Source: Catajapyx aquilonaris
Taxonomy: Eukaryota
DNA length: 64,000 nucleotides
Reading direction: 5' to 3'
Assembly: GCA_000934665.2 (NCBI GenBank)
Contig: JYFJ02001576.1
Coordinates: 1-64,000, forward strand
Positions 37,560 to 49,700 of the stretch are shown here, piece after piece. Within the stretch, counting starts at the first letter, position 1. Every line of letters starts with the position of its first letter. The translations under genes were made by a program, and so were the position numbers. A model generated the notes under the pieces. It worked only from the letters and a program-made list of their open reading frames with translations. It was not told where the DNA came from and did not search any database.

Positions 37560-38078
37560 CAGGGTGTTTACGACCTAACTTTACAAACTTGTAGGGGTAA
37601 TAGAGGGGACCAAGACAAACATATTTCACATAGGAACCTGTGTCCGGAAACGCCATCTAGAGGGGGTTCATAGACAAGGAATGGGTGCGCTCAGGCGGGC
37701 GGCATTAGTGAGTGGACCGATTAGTTGCTAGGTGGCGCGCGGATTGTACACAACTCAGCAATTCGCCATAACCTGGCAACAACAGAGTTGCTGTTTATTA
37801 TCTGCGCGCTACCTGGCATGCTGACTTTAGTTGTTAGGTGGTTCTGTTGTTGCCAGGTTATTGCGAATTGCAAAGTTGTGTACAATCCGCGCGCCACCTA
37901 GCAACTAAACGCTCCGACCGCTAATGCCCCCCGCCTGACGTGTCTGAGCGCACCCGTTCCTCGTCTATGAACCCCCTCTAGATGGCGTTTCCGGACACGG
38001 GTTCCTATGTAAAATATGTTTGTCTTGGTCCCCTCTATTACCCCTAGAAGTTTGTAAAGTTAGGTCGTAAACACCCTG
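37560..38078. mobile_element. Tc1/mariner-type fold-back MITE
   Basis: cagggtgtttacgacctaactttacaaactt at both ends; arms about 230 bp; TA TSD. Confidence 0.9.
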
Positions 38079-38288
38079 TATACAGCAGGACAGCCAGCGC
38101 AGGACGGGCATGTACAGGGTGGACGGAAAGTTTCGGATCCCCCCAGGTTTTTTAACCCTACTTTTCACAGCGTCTTTTCACATCTTTTAAAAGTCCACAA
38201 GCAGTTCTAATGTACTCTATCTTTTGAAGCATAATCTCGAGAACATCTGAGCACCTTCGCTCTCGCAATATATTCCATTAATAACTTC

Positions 38289-38909
38289 GCCTCTGTGACT
38301 CATCTAAACATCCTATCTGTTTTGCGTTTATTTTGCTTGTTGCCTTGGAGGACCCCTGGTCTGCGTCATGCAAATGTTGTGAACTCACTCCTGACCTTAT
38401 TTTTCGCATTGGTCCATAACCTGGTCCAATAATAATTTGAAAAGGAATGCATGAAATGGCGGACCCGGATGCATTACTTTCGAATTCTCACATTGGTACC
38501 ATCACATTTGTCTCCACTTTTACTTTAAAATAATTTTCTGGTGCCAAAGGACGTGAACGAAAGGATTTGTCATGTTGATTAATTTACCAAGGTAAGACTG
38601 TTTACTGTCCTTTCCCACCAAAAAAATATTTTAAAGTAAAAATGGAGACAAATGTGATGGTACCGATTCGAAAGTAATGCATCCGGGTCCGCCATTTCAT
38701 GCATTCCTTTCCAAATTTTTATTGGACCAGGTTATGGACCAATGCGAAAAATAAGGTCAGGAGTGAGTTCACAACATTTGCATGAAGGAGAACTCATGGA
38801 AAAGGGTCATAAAAACCTTATCTGACGCAGAATATGACCAGGGGTCCTCCAAGGCAACAAGCAAAATAAGCGCAAAACAGATAGGATGTATTAGATGAGT
38901 CACAGAGGC
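38289..38909. mobile_element. About 620-bp fold-back element, superfamily unassigned
   Basis: Arms gcctctgtgactcatctaa.../...ttagatgagtcacagaggc pair over about 250 bp with indels; no clear TSD. Confidence 0.8.
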
Positions 38910-39710
38910 CCGCAAAAGTAACAATTTTGAGCCTATTAATTTTGAGGTTTTTTCGTGCCTATTTCGGGGTTTTTTCGTGCCTAATAATCCGGACTATATT
39001 AATAACCAATATAACGGATGTCCGCATTTTAAAGGGAAATCGAAGCAGGCTGCGACCCAAATAATGGCAAGTCCGATCTCTGTGACGGCTTGGTGTTTTT
39101 GTGGCATGTGGAGCTTCTTTAAACGTCTTCACTGGGCCATCATTCAGGATATAAAGGTCCTGCAAAGCGATTCTAAGTAACACCTCACTTCAGAATCACC
39201 ACATTCTTCTTCAGTCCAAGTTGACATGTTCACCATCGGTCCTTCTTGAAAAATACTATAGGATATAGTCACCTGTAATCTAATTCTGCCATGTCGTGAC
39301 TCGTGACAGCCTTACAGATTGGTTGGATTCAGCTTCCACCAAGTTCTAGAACCCCGATCGTGGATAGTGTCCCGGTGAAGAAACGGATATTCCTAATTGC
39401 CTGAATAAGCAGCTCTAAACTGAGTCTAAACAATTTCTTTCCACAATAATTTTTTTGCAACTTTATTTGATGTCAATTGAGGCGACACCCCCTTATCCTA
39501 TAATCAGTGCTTCATTTCAGTTTCAAGTTTAGCAGCTTCCAAGAATAACGTCATAATCCGATTACACTGTAGCCTAGATGTGGACAAATTCCGTTTTCAA
39601 ATCCATGGATCTGGTGCTGTATATGCCATATTGAAGTATTAAAGTGGGTCCCAAATCCCTACTCTACATTTATGGACATGATCGTTTATATAATTATTAC
39701 ATCGACGCCT

Positions 39711-39856
<146 letters not shown>

Positions 39857-40769
39857 TGAAAATAGCAGTTTCCATGTTTTAGGCAATGCAGTGGTTTTTA
39901 ATTAGTTCGTCATTGTAGCGGGTAGCCGCCAACATTTTTAACTAGTTCATTAACACATGAAAGTCTGGCTTGATCCAATGAAGGTATACCACTGTCAGGC
40001 CAAAACACGGTAGCTCATTTCACACATGGCCACCCTTTGATAAGCACCGAATCAATTTCTCTCTAACGTAAGTAATTACGGGCCCTTTTTGTCCTCAAAT
40101 CGAGCGTGAAAAAATCCTCGGAGGTGTGCAGTACACGCCGAAAGAGGCCGCCTTGCGATTGCTATGCAACTTTACCGATATAGCCGATGTAGCTTTCGCG
40201 CTGAAAGTGTTTACATGTCGACGTTTCCTGTCAGATATGCCCGTCATTTAATCCGGCTCTCTCACAATTTCGAGTGCAAACCCGTGGGAATTGGAACTGT
40301 GACCTTCGTATACAAGTCAATACTGTTGTAGACCCTTTTCTGCATATTGTGTCACAAATACCTCGACAGAGAGAACATGAGTGATGTAATATCGGAAATG
40401 AGAAATCTCTTATATACGCATGCATAAGGATAGTACTGTCGCCTAAAGGCCGGAAGGAAGGTACTATAAAATTGAAACTGCCGTCTAAAAGGGACCGCTC
40501 TTCGCAATATTCCATTCAGAGGCGTCTCAAATGTTGCCTACGGAGACTTCCCCTATATGAGAATAGTGAACGACTTATAAGCTCCTTCCGTCGGTGTTCC
40601 AAGGTGAACCCAATCCATCACAGGCGAGGGCAATAAACTGATAAAACGCGGAAGAAAAATTTGCTCGTCATCAGCCCCACAAACATTAGTGTGCATGTAA
40701 TCTTGGTTCTACAGAACTCCTGTAGGTGATCACTCTTTACTTCCAGGCAGGTCTTGGGTTGGACCCAAA

Positions 40770-43700
40770 ATGGCCACGAAGTTCCTCCTGCATTCAGCTT
40801 TGGTCCTAATGGTCCTGGTTGGCATCGAAGAAGCGTCGATGCCGCCCTCGGCCTCCGTCGGATGGAAAATTGGTAAATGAATTGAAGCGTATAAATGTAA
40901 TTACATTGGGAGGAATTATCTCTCGTCCATGACTTTTGCTCAGGGTCGCACTGCGCCTGCTGGAACACGACCGAAGACGGTAGACAAATGGAGGTTGAAT
41001 GCCGTTGTCGAGGAGACAGGCTCTTATCCGTTCCGCTCGATCTTTCCTCCAACGTCCACAGAATGTAAGCATCTTTCCGTCCACATTGCTAACATGTAAA
41101 ATTTTGGGGTTTGCGTAAAAATTATGTTGGCATCTTGTCGGTAAGCATTATTGGACCCTTATATTAGGAAAAGGTATAAGGTCCGGAGTTTCATGAAAAT
41201 ACTCTAAAAATGTCCTATCTACGTACTGTAAATTGAAAAAAAAGGTGAGGGATAGCACAGGGTATGGCAGGACAGGAGTGGCTCCTGTCCTGCCATGCCT
41301 CACTAGCACCGTGGTGTGTATCCAGCCTCTAAATCATAATTTCTGTATAGTGCACTCCGGTGCTGTCGTCCATTGGGGCACAAGGTATATGTTTTTTTTC
41401 CCCCCGTCAGTTTCATTAAACAAGTGCCACTAAAAGAGTTGTCGACCTTGCTATCGTTCTGCGTTGCACAAATCGTTTGTCTACCGGAGTAATTTAATGA
41501 TTAAAAGTGGGGAGTTTGGGACTCCTGGGAAATCAAGTTCTCCCTTTTCTTCGGCCCGGTCTACTGGTCCAGCTTTTTTGAGATCTATCCCGAGTCTGAC
41601 AAGCACCGCCAGGTTACGCTTCTCTAGGCCTTTTTAAACTGATGGTCGAGAATATCGGACAACTACTGTAAAAAGGGGGCAACAACATATATATGAAAAC
41701 GGAGAAGTGTATCATACCAGTCGCCGCACTTTTCAGAAAGGCATTTGGTATAACAAAATTGCAATCAAAGGACTTCTGAGATTGCCAAGAAAGATTTGAG
41801 TTGTGGGTCGTTATCGTTACCCGGAAGTAGGGTAAAAAAAATGCGCTTTTGATGGTGTCAGGAAGCTTCAATTTTGTTTGTGGCGTCCTTTTGAAGTACA
41901 CATTTTCATGTCATGGTTTATCCATAATTGGAGGTCAAAGGCGATCCAAAGTGGTAATTATCGCCACGTCGCTTGCTCATCAATATTAATAGGCATCGGA
42001 ATAGTCATCTCGTCCCCTTCAATATACGCGTGTCACATTCAACACCGATTTTTCAAAAGTCAAACGCCCCAAGTTCTCAAGTCCACTTTTAGAAGTGTTT
42101 CCTTACTCGTTTATTAGGGCAGTCGATTCTCGACTTTATTTTAGTCCAACTTAAGTGAGATGAGTTTAGTCGCCAAAGCCAAGTCTACGTCGCTAGGGAT
42201 ATTTCAAGCTTTATCTCGGGGCCAGCGAAATTCAGTTGAGCGGGAAAAACGTGGAGGCGTGGGATTTACCAAGTTGGGTTGGAATGAGGATGTATCTGAG
42301 TGGATTGAGCCCAAACAAAGCGTGCCCGGAATTGTACAACGATGAAACGCTTCTTCCGCTTCGTGGATCAAGTGCGTTGGAATCATTGTCAATGGCAAAT
42401 TAATCGCCACGTCGAGGGTGTAAAATCTAATTATGTGGTGCTTTGTGGTGTGATTTATGACGAATATCTCTTTTGATATCGGTCATTACATACGGGAATG
42501 GCACACTCGGGGGGGGGGGGGGGGNGGGTCGTAACAGCTTTAAAATAAAAATGTGAGCGAAATATTTTTGGGTGAAATTAACATATTGTTGTTGGATGTT
42601 TCTGTTTCAGAAGCGTTCAAGATGCGGGGATACAGCAGCTGACGTCGGGTGGACTGGAAGTTTATAAGGACACGCTTGTAGACTTGTACGTTTACGTAAT
42701 TATTATAATGGCGGAATCTACATATAGAGAGGAGGGATCTTCTGTGATGGATTTCCTTCAGATCGCCCTCCTCGATGAGATTAAATCATGCTAATTCGTT
42801 CTCCCATTAACGCCAGAAACGCTAATGGTTCTTGAAAGTGAAGCACGAAAATAAACCTAATACAGACTACTGTACGATAGGTTTTTGAGCATGCCAAAAT
42901 AATCATTTGCTACTTTTCACAAAAAATTTTCAGGACCATAACAAACGTCCCTCATTTGAAATCCATTGAAGACGGAGCCTTCCAGGATCTCACCCAACTC
43001 AGGACAATGTGAGTCAAAATAATCAATGTGTCCTTCCCTGTGAACAAAAACGAGGGTGGTAGGAGGGGGGGGGGGTCCAAATATTTTATTGTTATGCTTT
43101 CTCTCCCCCACACATCCAGCAACCAATTTCTGAGATTGCTGCACGCGTTTCCCCAGCAACAATCTGATTTCACGACATACACCAACAGCCTTGGATATTT
43201 TGTCCTTTCGGGGGGACCTGGATTTTTGGGGTCTACGTCTGAGGCTCCGGGGTTCCTTTGGGGCAAAGTGAAAACAGGTCCACTCCGTTCCATCTCGGCT
43301 GCAAAAAGCGAGTCCCATTTGCCCCACCGTAAACATTCATTATGGGTCTCGGAGGAGTCCTCGCTGACGCTTTTCGCGCAGCTTACCATTTGCACCGGAT
43401 TTCCTTCCAGTAACGGGCTACCCAAACATACATCAATAAACATCACACAATTCCCCCTACTTCGAAGCGTATAAAAGTCAACTACTTGCCGGGCCTCCCT
43501 CCTTTCGCTCTTCATTTCAATCGTGTTATGCATTTGGGGGGGGGGGATAGAAACCTCAGACGAGGGAAACCTTGGAACAGTCGAAATTCAAGGGGACAGT
43601 GTGGCATCAGGTACTGTATACAGTAGGAAGGAATATATTTTGTCAAAATTTTGGCTTGGATCAGGATGTGATCGAACCTGCAGCATTTTTTACGAGTCCC

Positions 43701-46700
43701 CATAAAGCTTTTGGAAATCCCTTCAATGCAATGCATAATACAGCAGATAAATATTCCTACAATATAGTAGCTCAACAATACCGACATAATAGGGTAAGTG
43801 AGCTGAACCATTCCGAATGCGTCGCATAGCCGGGTATAACGTTGAACACCTCTTTGGTTCGACCTCCAGCATATAGAGTATTATATGCCAGGTAAAGGTC
43901 GGCAGGCAGTGAATATAGCCACATCCAAGTCCTAATCATGGTAATTGAGTTATTCGCGGGGGAATTTTTGGGGCAATCCGTACATATCCCTGGGCAGGAT
44001 TTTGTCATCGCTAGCTAGTATCTGGAAGTAATGGGCTTGATATTGTCGCGAAGCATTTTCGTTGGGACAGTTCCTTTTTCTGATACCGATGACGGGGGTG
44101 GCAGCTTTTAAACAAATTAACATTGGGAATGCCACGAGGCATCCTGAATTAATATTCTCGTTAGGAAGCTCGACCAGAAGCGGATCTCCGACAGTCGGGA
44201 TTCATAAATTTCTCTTCTAAGGACTATATGTGACACACAGCCGTTGGGCATTGACGCCAACACAAGACTGCACCAGTTTTTGATATTTGATGAATACGAT
44301 TATGTTAAACGAAAATTCAAGAAAATATGTACCGTAGTGGAAATAGAAATAACTTCTCACTTTCAGAGATCATAAAACAAACCAGGATTTAGAGAGCACA
44401 TGTAAAAGCCAGCCCGATCCAAACCGCGCAATTTAAATGTCAAACTTCGGTGCTATAACTTACTTAAACTAATAGGAAGATCTATAGTCTCCGACTATAT
44501 TATTTTCTACCCCATTTCTCTCCTGGCACTGCTGTCGCCGTGTATAGACCGCAATGTACAGGACTCCAAAGTAGTAATTTCATTCATTTATAAGTTGTGT
44601 GTGAAAAGATAACTGCCCAACACCTTCATTGCAGGCGAATATCCTGGCACAAAATGATATACAATACGACGCTAATTCAGTTTCCTCATAGCTAAGAGCA
44701 GAAAAAAACACTGTAAATTCGGTATCATCCAAGAGGGTAAACGATGCATAATATATGCAAAAGAGGCGCTTGGGGGGGAAAAATCCATCTGGTGACCGGA
44801 TAGGAAATTGTCCTATCCGGGCCATTAATTTTGTGGGGCGGGCGGCAGCAATTCCGCAGTTTTGGTCCCGTTCGATTCGCTTGAGGCAAAAGTAAGCTCG
44901 CTAACCCAACTTGGCTTCCATTAGGGAGCCATGAATTCTCCATGAGGGTCCGAAAGCTGCGGTGCTGTACGTGAGGTGGGCAATCTGGGGAAATCAACAC
45001 TAATACTCCTGGCACTTCTTTTCTCTCCTTTCCTGCGGTGGCTTATAGCAAGTGTAAAGAGAATCACTGCACTATTCAGTCTGACAAAAAAAAAAGTGTC
45101 ACCAATCTTGGCTTCTTGGTTTGAATTCCGAATCGCTTTTGCAATCATTCCAGCCAAACGATACTGGAATTCAAACAAAGGAGACGTCGAGAAGTCGCGT
45201 TTGTAATTAAGGTTGCTTGCAAAATTGCCTGATTTCAACGATTTGGTTCACACTTGGATTATTTGCAGATACATATACAGAGCTATGTCATTGAAGAGCA
45301 TTCCACCGTCGGTCTTCAGAGCGCATTTACCGCAGCTGAAGATCTTGTAAGTACCTATACAAAGCTTCCTTGCAACCGCAAGACTTTCACAAAGGTTCTT
45401 CACAAACAGGAGGATTATACACACGGGACTGACTGAATTGCCTTATCTAAATGAGTTGGCAACCAACAACATCCTGCATATGATGTAAGTCGTCCAAGAT
45501 TTATTTCTCCTGACTTTGATAACAAGTAACAGCTATATGGCTCAAATTAGTCAGGTGCAGACTACTTAAGATGATTTTTTATGATGGACCCGGTAACTTC
45601 GATTACATCATCCATATGTTTACGTCGCATGAGCGTACAACTGTCTGGATATAAGAATATCAGGCATGCTTCGCTGGCTGAGTTCAGCTGGATAATATTG
45701 CTTCGACAACTTGTCAAGGAAATTGACGCGTCACAAGCGGTGTTCCTAACTTGCAACGCTTGCGTAACAGTTCATTGGTTATCTGTCTGCAAGGATCAAC
45801 ATTTTCGTGTCAACCTAATGCCCATTGTGAAGGTCATTCCAGTGCTCTAGCATGACCGCAAAATCTAAAAGGCATTTAATGTCATTTTGAAACTCGCTGA
45901 GATTCATTTCTCAGGCATTATAGCCTAATCTCTTAATCTGCCAAAAGCAGTAAGGAAGCCGCACTAACATTATTGAGCACTTGAATGTGTAAGGAGAACT
46001 GCCTGGATTCAGTAAAAGAGAACCCTATTACAGTCCAATCTCTACGATACAAATGAGCCATTTCTGCATGTAGAATGTTTGCATATATACTAAGGCACAT
46101 GCGGCAAAAATTGCAATAAGACGACATTATTGCCGGGACTCGTGCCTCACAATAGAAGTTGTAGTATCGTAGTATCGTGCAACCATATAGCACGTTATCC
46201 TCTACGGCAAGAGGAAGTTGTTAGTATCTAGAGCTTACTCTATTGCGAAAATCCTCAATAAGGCAGCATTTCTTTTTCACCTGCAGTGACCTGGAAAACA
46301 ACCAGATTCGACTGCTAAGGTCACGATCCCTCCACGTTAAGGCAGAGCAAGTGTAAGTACATCTTCAGAGAATTTTTCTATATACAACAAACCACGGATG
46401 ATAGAAGAAATACTTCACAAATCTTAGCTTCAAAATTATCGATTGTATAACTCTCTCTATAGAATAGCACGGTATCCCATTGAGACGCGTTTTCGCCTCT
46501 ACAAAAAGAACGAACAAGGTCAAGGAAACACTTCTGGTAACCAGAGTGCGGTTACACAAAACAAGCCAGATTGACTGTTATTATAGCTGGTATAGAAAAT
46601 GCTACATTGCAGAGGGGCAGCACAATCTACCTTGGCAACTCTATAGTGCAACAGCTTTATAGCTCAAACTTGTTTATGTCGCGGAAATAGGCTACTGTAC

Positions 46701-49700
46701 AACTTGTAGGTTCCCAGAAACATGTCAGGTTCAGTTTTCATCTACAGAAAATTACGGTTTAAAAAAATGACTAAAGTTAGGGAGCAGTGTGAGTTTAGCC
46801 AAGTTATCGCTAAAGTTCTGATGAGCTTTTACTGTATATACAATCATGGTGTGGAAAAGGAGCTATTTCCTTCTGAATCCTTTCGGATTTCTTGGCGAGT
46901 AATGTTTCGACTTGTTATTTTTGCAATTTCGGTTCCATTACTGGGTTAATCGCATATGAATTCTTGGCCATTTGTGCCTGGTTATGCTATACCGTCAGTT
47001 GGTAGCTGATCCAACCAGAAGTAATTTCATGCATTAAGGGCTATTTCAGATCTTCGGAGAACCGGAATCTGGGCTAAAAATGGGCGTGAGAGGCACCCGT
47101 GCGAGAAAAATCGACGCTCTAAATGTGTACAAACATGGGGCCCCAAATTAGAAGAACTGTAATGCGCCTTATATAATTTATTCTATTTTAGTGTTGGTCC
47201 AATATGGTCCAATATTACGGAAAAGTTTCGCCGCTTTTCTGCTTATTATACAGGTTTAACTACGTCATTACGCATTCGCCAGCCCAAAAGTATGAAATCA
47301 CACGTTACGCCTTCAAAATTCGCGCATTTCGTTAATGAATTCGTTATCAACCAAATACGGTCCTGATTTTACAGTCAATTGCGTCGTAAATGTCAACGTT
47401 ACGACAAATAATTACAACCCCTCTAAATAGCTTATTTCATTGTACAGGTCGCTGAACTACAACGCCCTGGAAAACGTGGAGGCCCAAGCCTTCCACGGGT
47501 CTCAGCTGGCCAAACTGTGAGTTTCCGCCCCCGCTTTCCCCCTACCAGTTTTATCGCCCCCTCTTTTCGTGTTTTACAACCCTCGTTATGTGCGTTCCGT
47601 CGATGAGACTTGCATAGCACCTGAGGGCCCTGTTAATCTCCTCATCACCGACTGTGTAAATTCTGCCATTAACAGAAGCCTGCGTGGAAACAGGCATCTC
47701 ACACACATTGACGAAGAAGCGTTCGTCGGGATTCGACACTTGAGGGAGCTGTGAGTAAAATGCGTTTCTTCCGGTCGATCTCATTTTCGATTAACTGAGC
47801 ACGTTTTCTTCGTTCATAAGGGACCTGTCCGAGACGTCCATCTCTGCATTGCCGACCAGAGGGCTGCAAGATCTCGAGGTTCTTCGATTGGAAGATGTGG
47901 AGACTATGGTGGTCTTTCCCTCCGTGTATCATTTTGAGGTGAGTACCGCGCAGATTTAATGGTTATATTATATGATGTCTTATAAACCTTCGCTATACAG
48001 GCAATCCATGAAGCGCATCTGACATACCCGTATCATTGCTGCGCGTTCCAGTTCCCAGAAACGCACGACCCGGAGGAACACGCTAAATACAAGGTATGGT
48101 CAATTATTGCCATATATTTACATAGTGTGCTCCAAGTGTTTGGATACTTTTATAGTTATCGGAACTTTCGTCCTGAACTGTTGTTTTTGTGTAGCTTTTT
48201 GCGCAAAAAGCTACTGCAGATTTTCCGGGCCTGAAAACGCGGCGTCCAGTGAGCCAAGAAAGGGACATGGGTTTTCTAACTTTCAGGATGAAACCAGGGA
48301 CGATTCTTTCCCGAGACTTGAAGCTAATACTGTATACAAGTCATGTTTGAACCCACAAATTCTCAGGTTTCCCTCCATGTCCCAAGTCCCATTGAAAAAT
48401 CATCAGGTACCTGTAACTTGAGTAAATGTTTTTGTTTTGTTTTTTGTTACCCCGTGATAGTAGAGCTCGTGGCTCTCTTAGGGGGGAAGGGGAAGTTCCC
48501 AAGGGAGGGCCCGCGCGATAGCCATTTCTGACATTCTGTAACACCAGGCCTTTTCTCCTGGCCCCGAGCAGAGAAGGGAGTGCAATTCTGCTCCGGCATG
48601 TCGGGAGAAAAGCGGAAAAACAGAGGTGACGGGGACGGGATTTGAGCCCCGGCCTCCCGCTTGGCTGGCCAGCGTTGTAACCGATAGACCACCATGCTGC
48701 CCCACAGTAAATGTAGATGTTATGTAGATGACCCCTAACATCCAGCAGGTTCCACGAGGAGGGATGAGGGGAGGTGCAGGTGCAAGTGCATGTCTCAAGC
48801 TTTTTAAATATAGTTAGCCGCATAGTTAGTCTAATGGAAATTCCATCTGAGATGGAGCCGGAGAAACCACATCTCCCCACAATGAATGAGAAAGGTGTAA
48901 ACCCGGATTTGGGATCAAACCAGGAATATAATCTTCTCCGTGAACACGTCGCGTCGCGTCGTTGATCCACTCCGTTTCTCCAATGATTAATGTTTAGCTA
49001 GTGCGGTCAACCCAAGATTGCCAGGGGGTATACACAAACATTTTTCTTCTTCTTCTAATTTGTCTTAAGAGTTGGATGAACATCGTGCCTATAGCGGAAA
49101 ACAGCTGGTGAAAAATAATTTGATCAAATATTGAGGTAGTAGCAGCAAAAACATCCCTTAACAACCTCCTTGCATATTCCCGGTACAGTATGTTAGTGCA
49201 GTACAAGAGAAAGGATAATGATTTGGACTGCAATATTTTTTACAACAGTTGTAAAAAAATATTGCAGTCCAAATCATTATCCTTTCTCTTGTACTGCACT
49301 AACTAAGTACTGTACTGGTATCAAAATAATTATTAAACCAATTACCAAAGCATCCAGAAGCACGGGTATACAATGGATATAAAATTGTAATAATAAAATA
49401 TTAGATCAGGATCCTTCCTCTCCCTCCCAAGGGCGGACCAATTGCCCACTTCATATACCTCCCACTGACTCAAGCCTACAACAGACTTCTGATCATGCCC
49501 AATCACAATGTGAGAAGTTCAGGACCTTGCAAAAACTCTTCCATAGTTTTAAGAAAAATCCTTGGTAATTCCGACGGCTTTAGCATTACACCTGTACACT
49601 ACCCGACATAATCATTGCAGCCCCTAAACAACGGCGCGACGTAGCCATTACCTGGCAACCGCGCCGTTCAGACATCATCACATGGAGGTTGCTTACAGTG

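Noticed and set aside
42508..42528. Poly-G run containing an N
   Set aside because: Likely a homopolymer sequencing ambiguity; nothing can be inferred from it.
42952..43533. 193-aa antisense ORF in an LGR1 intron with a faint SEFIR-like stretch (PRLLVYVVKSDCC...LRNWLLDVWG)
   Set aside because: The resemblance is only a few residues, there is no supporting exon structure, and it overlaps an LGR1 exon. An HMM search would be needed to revive it.
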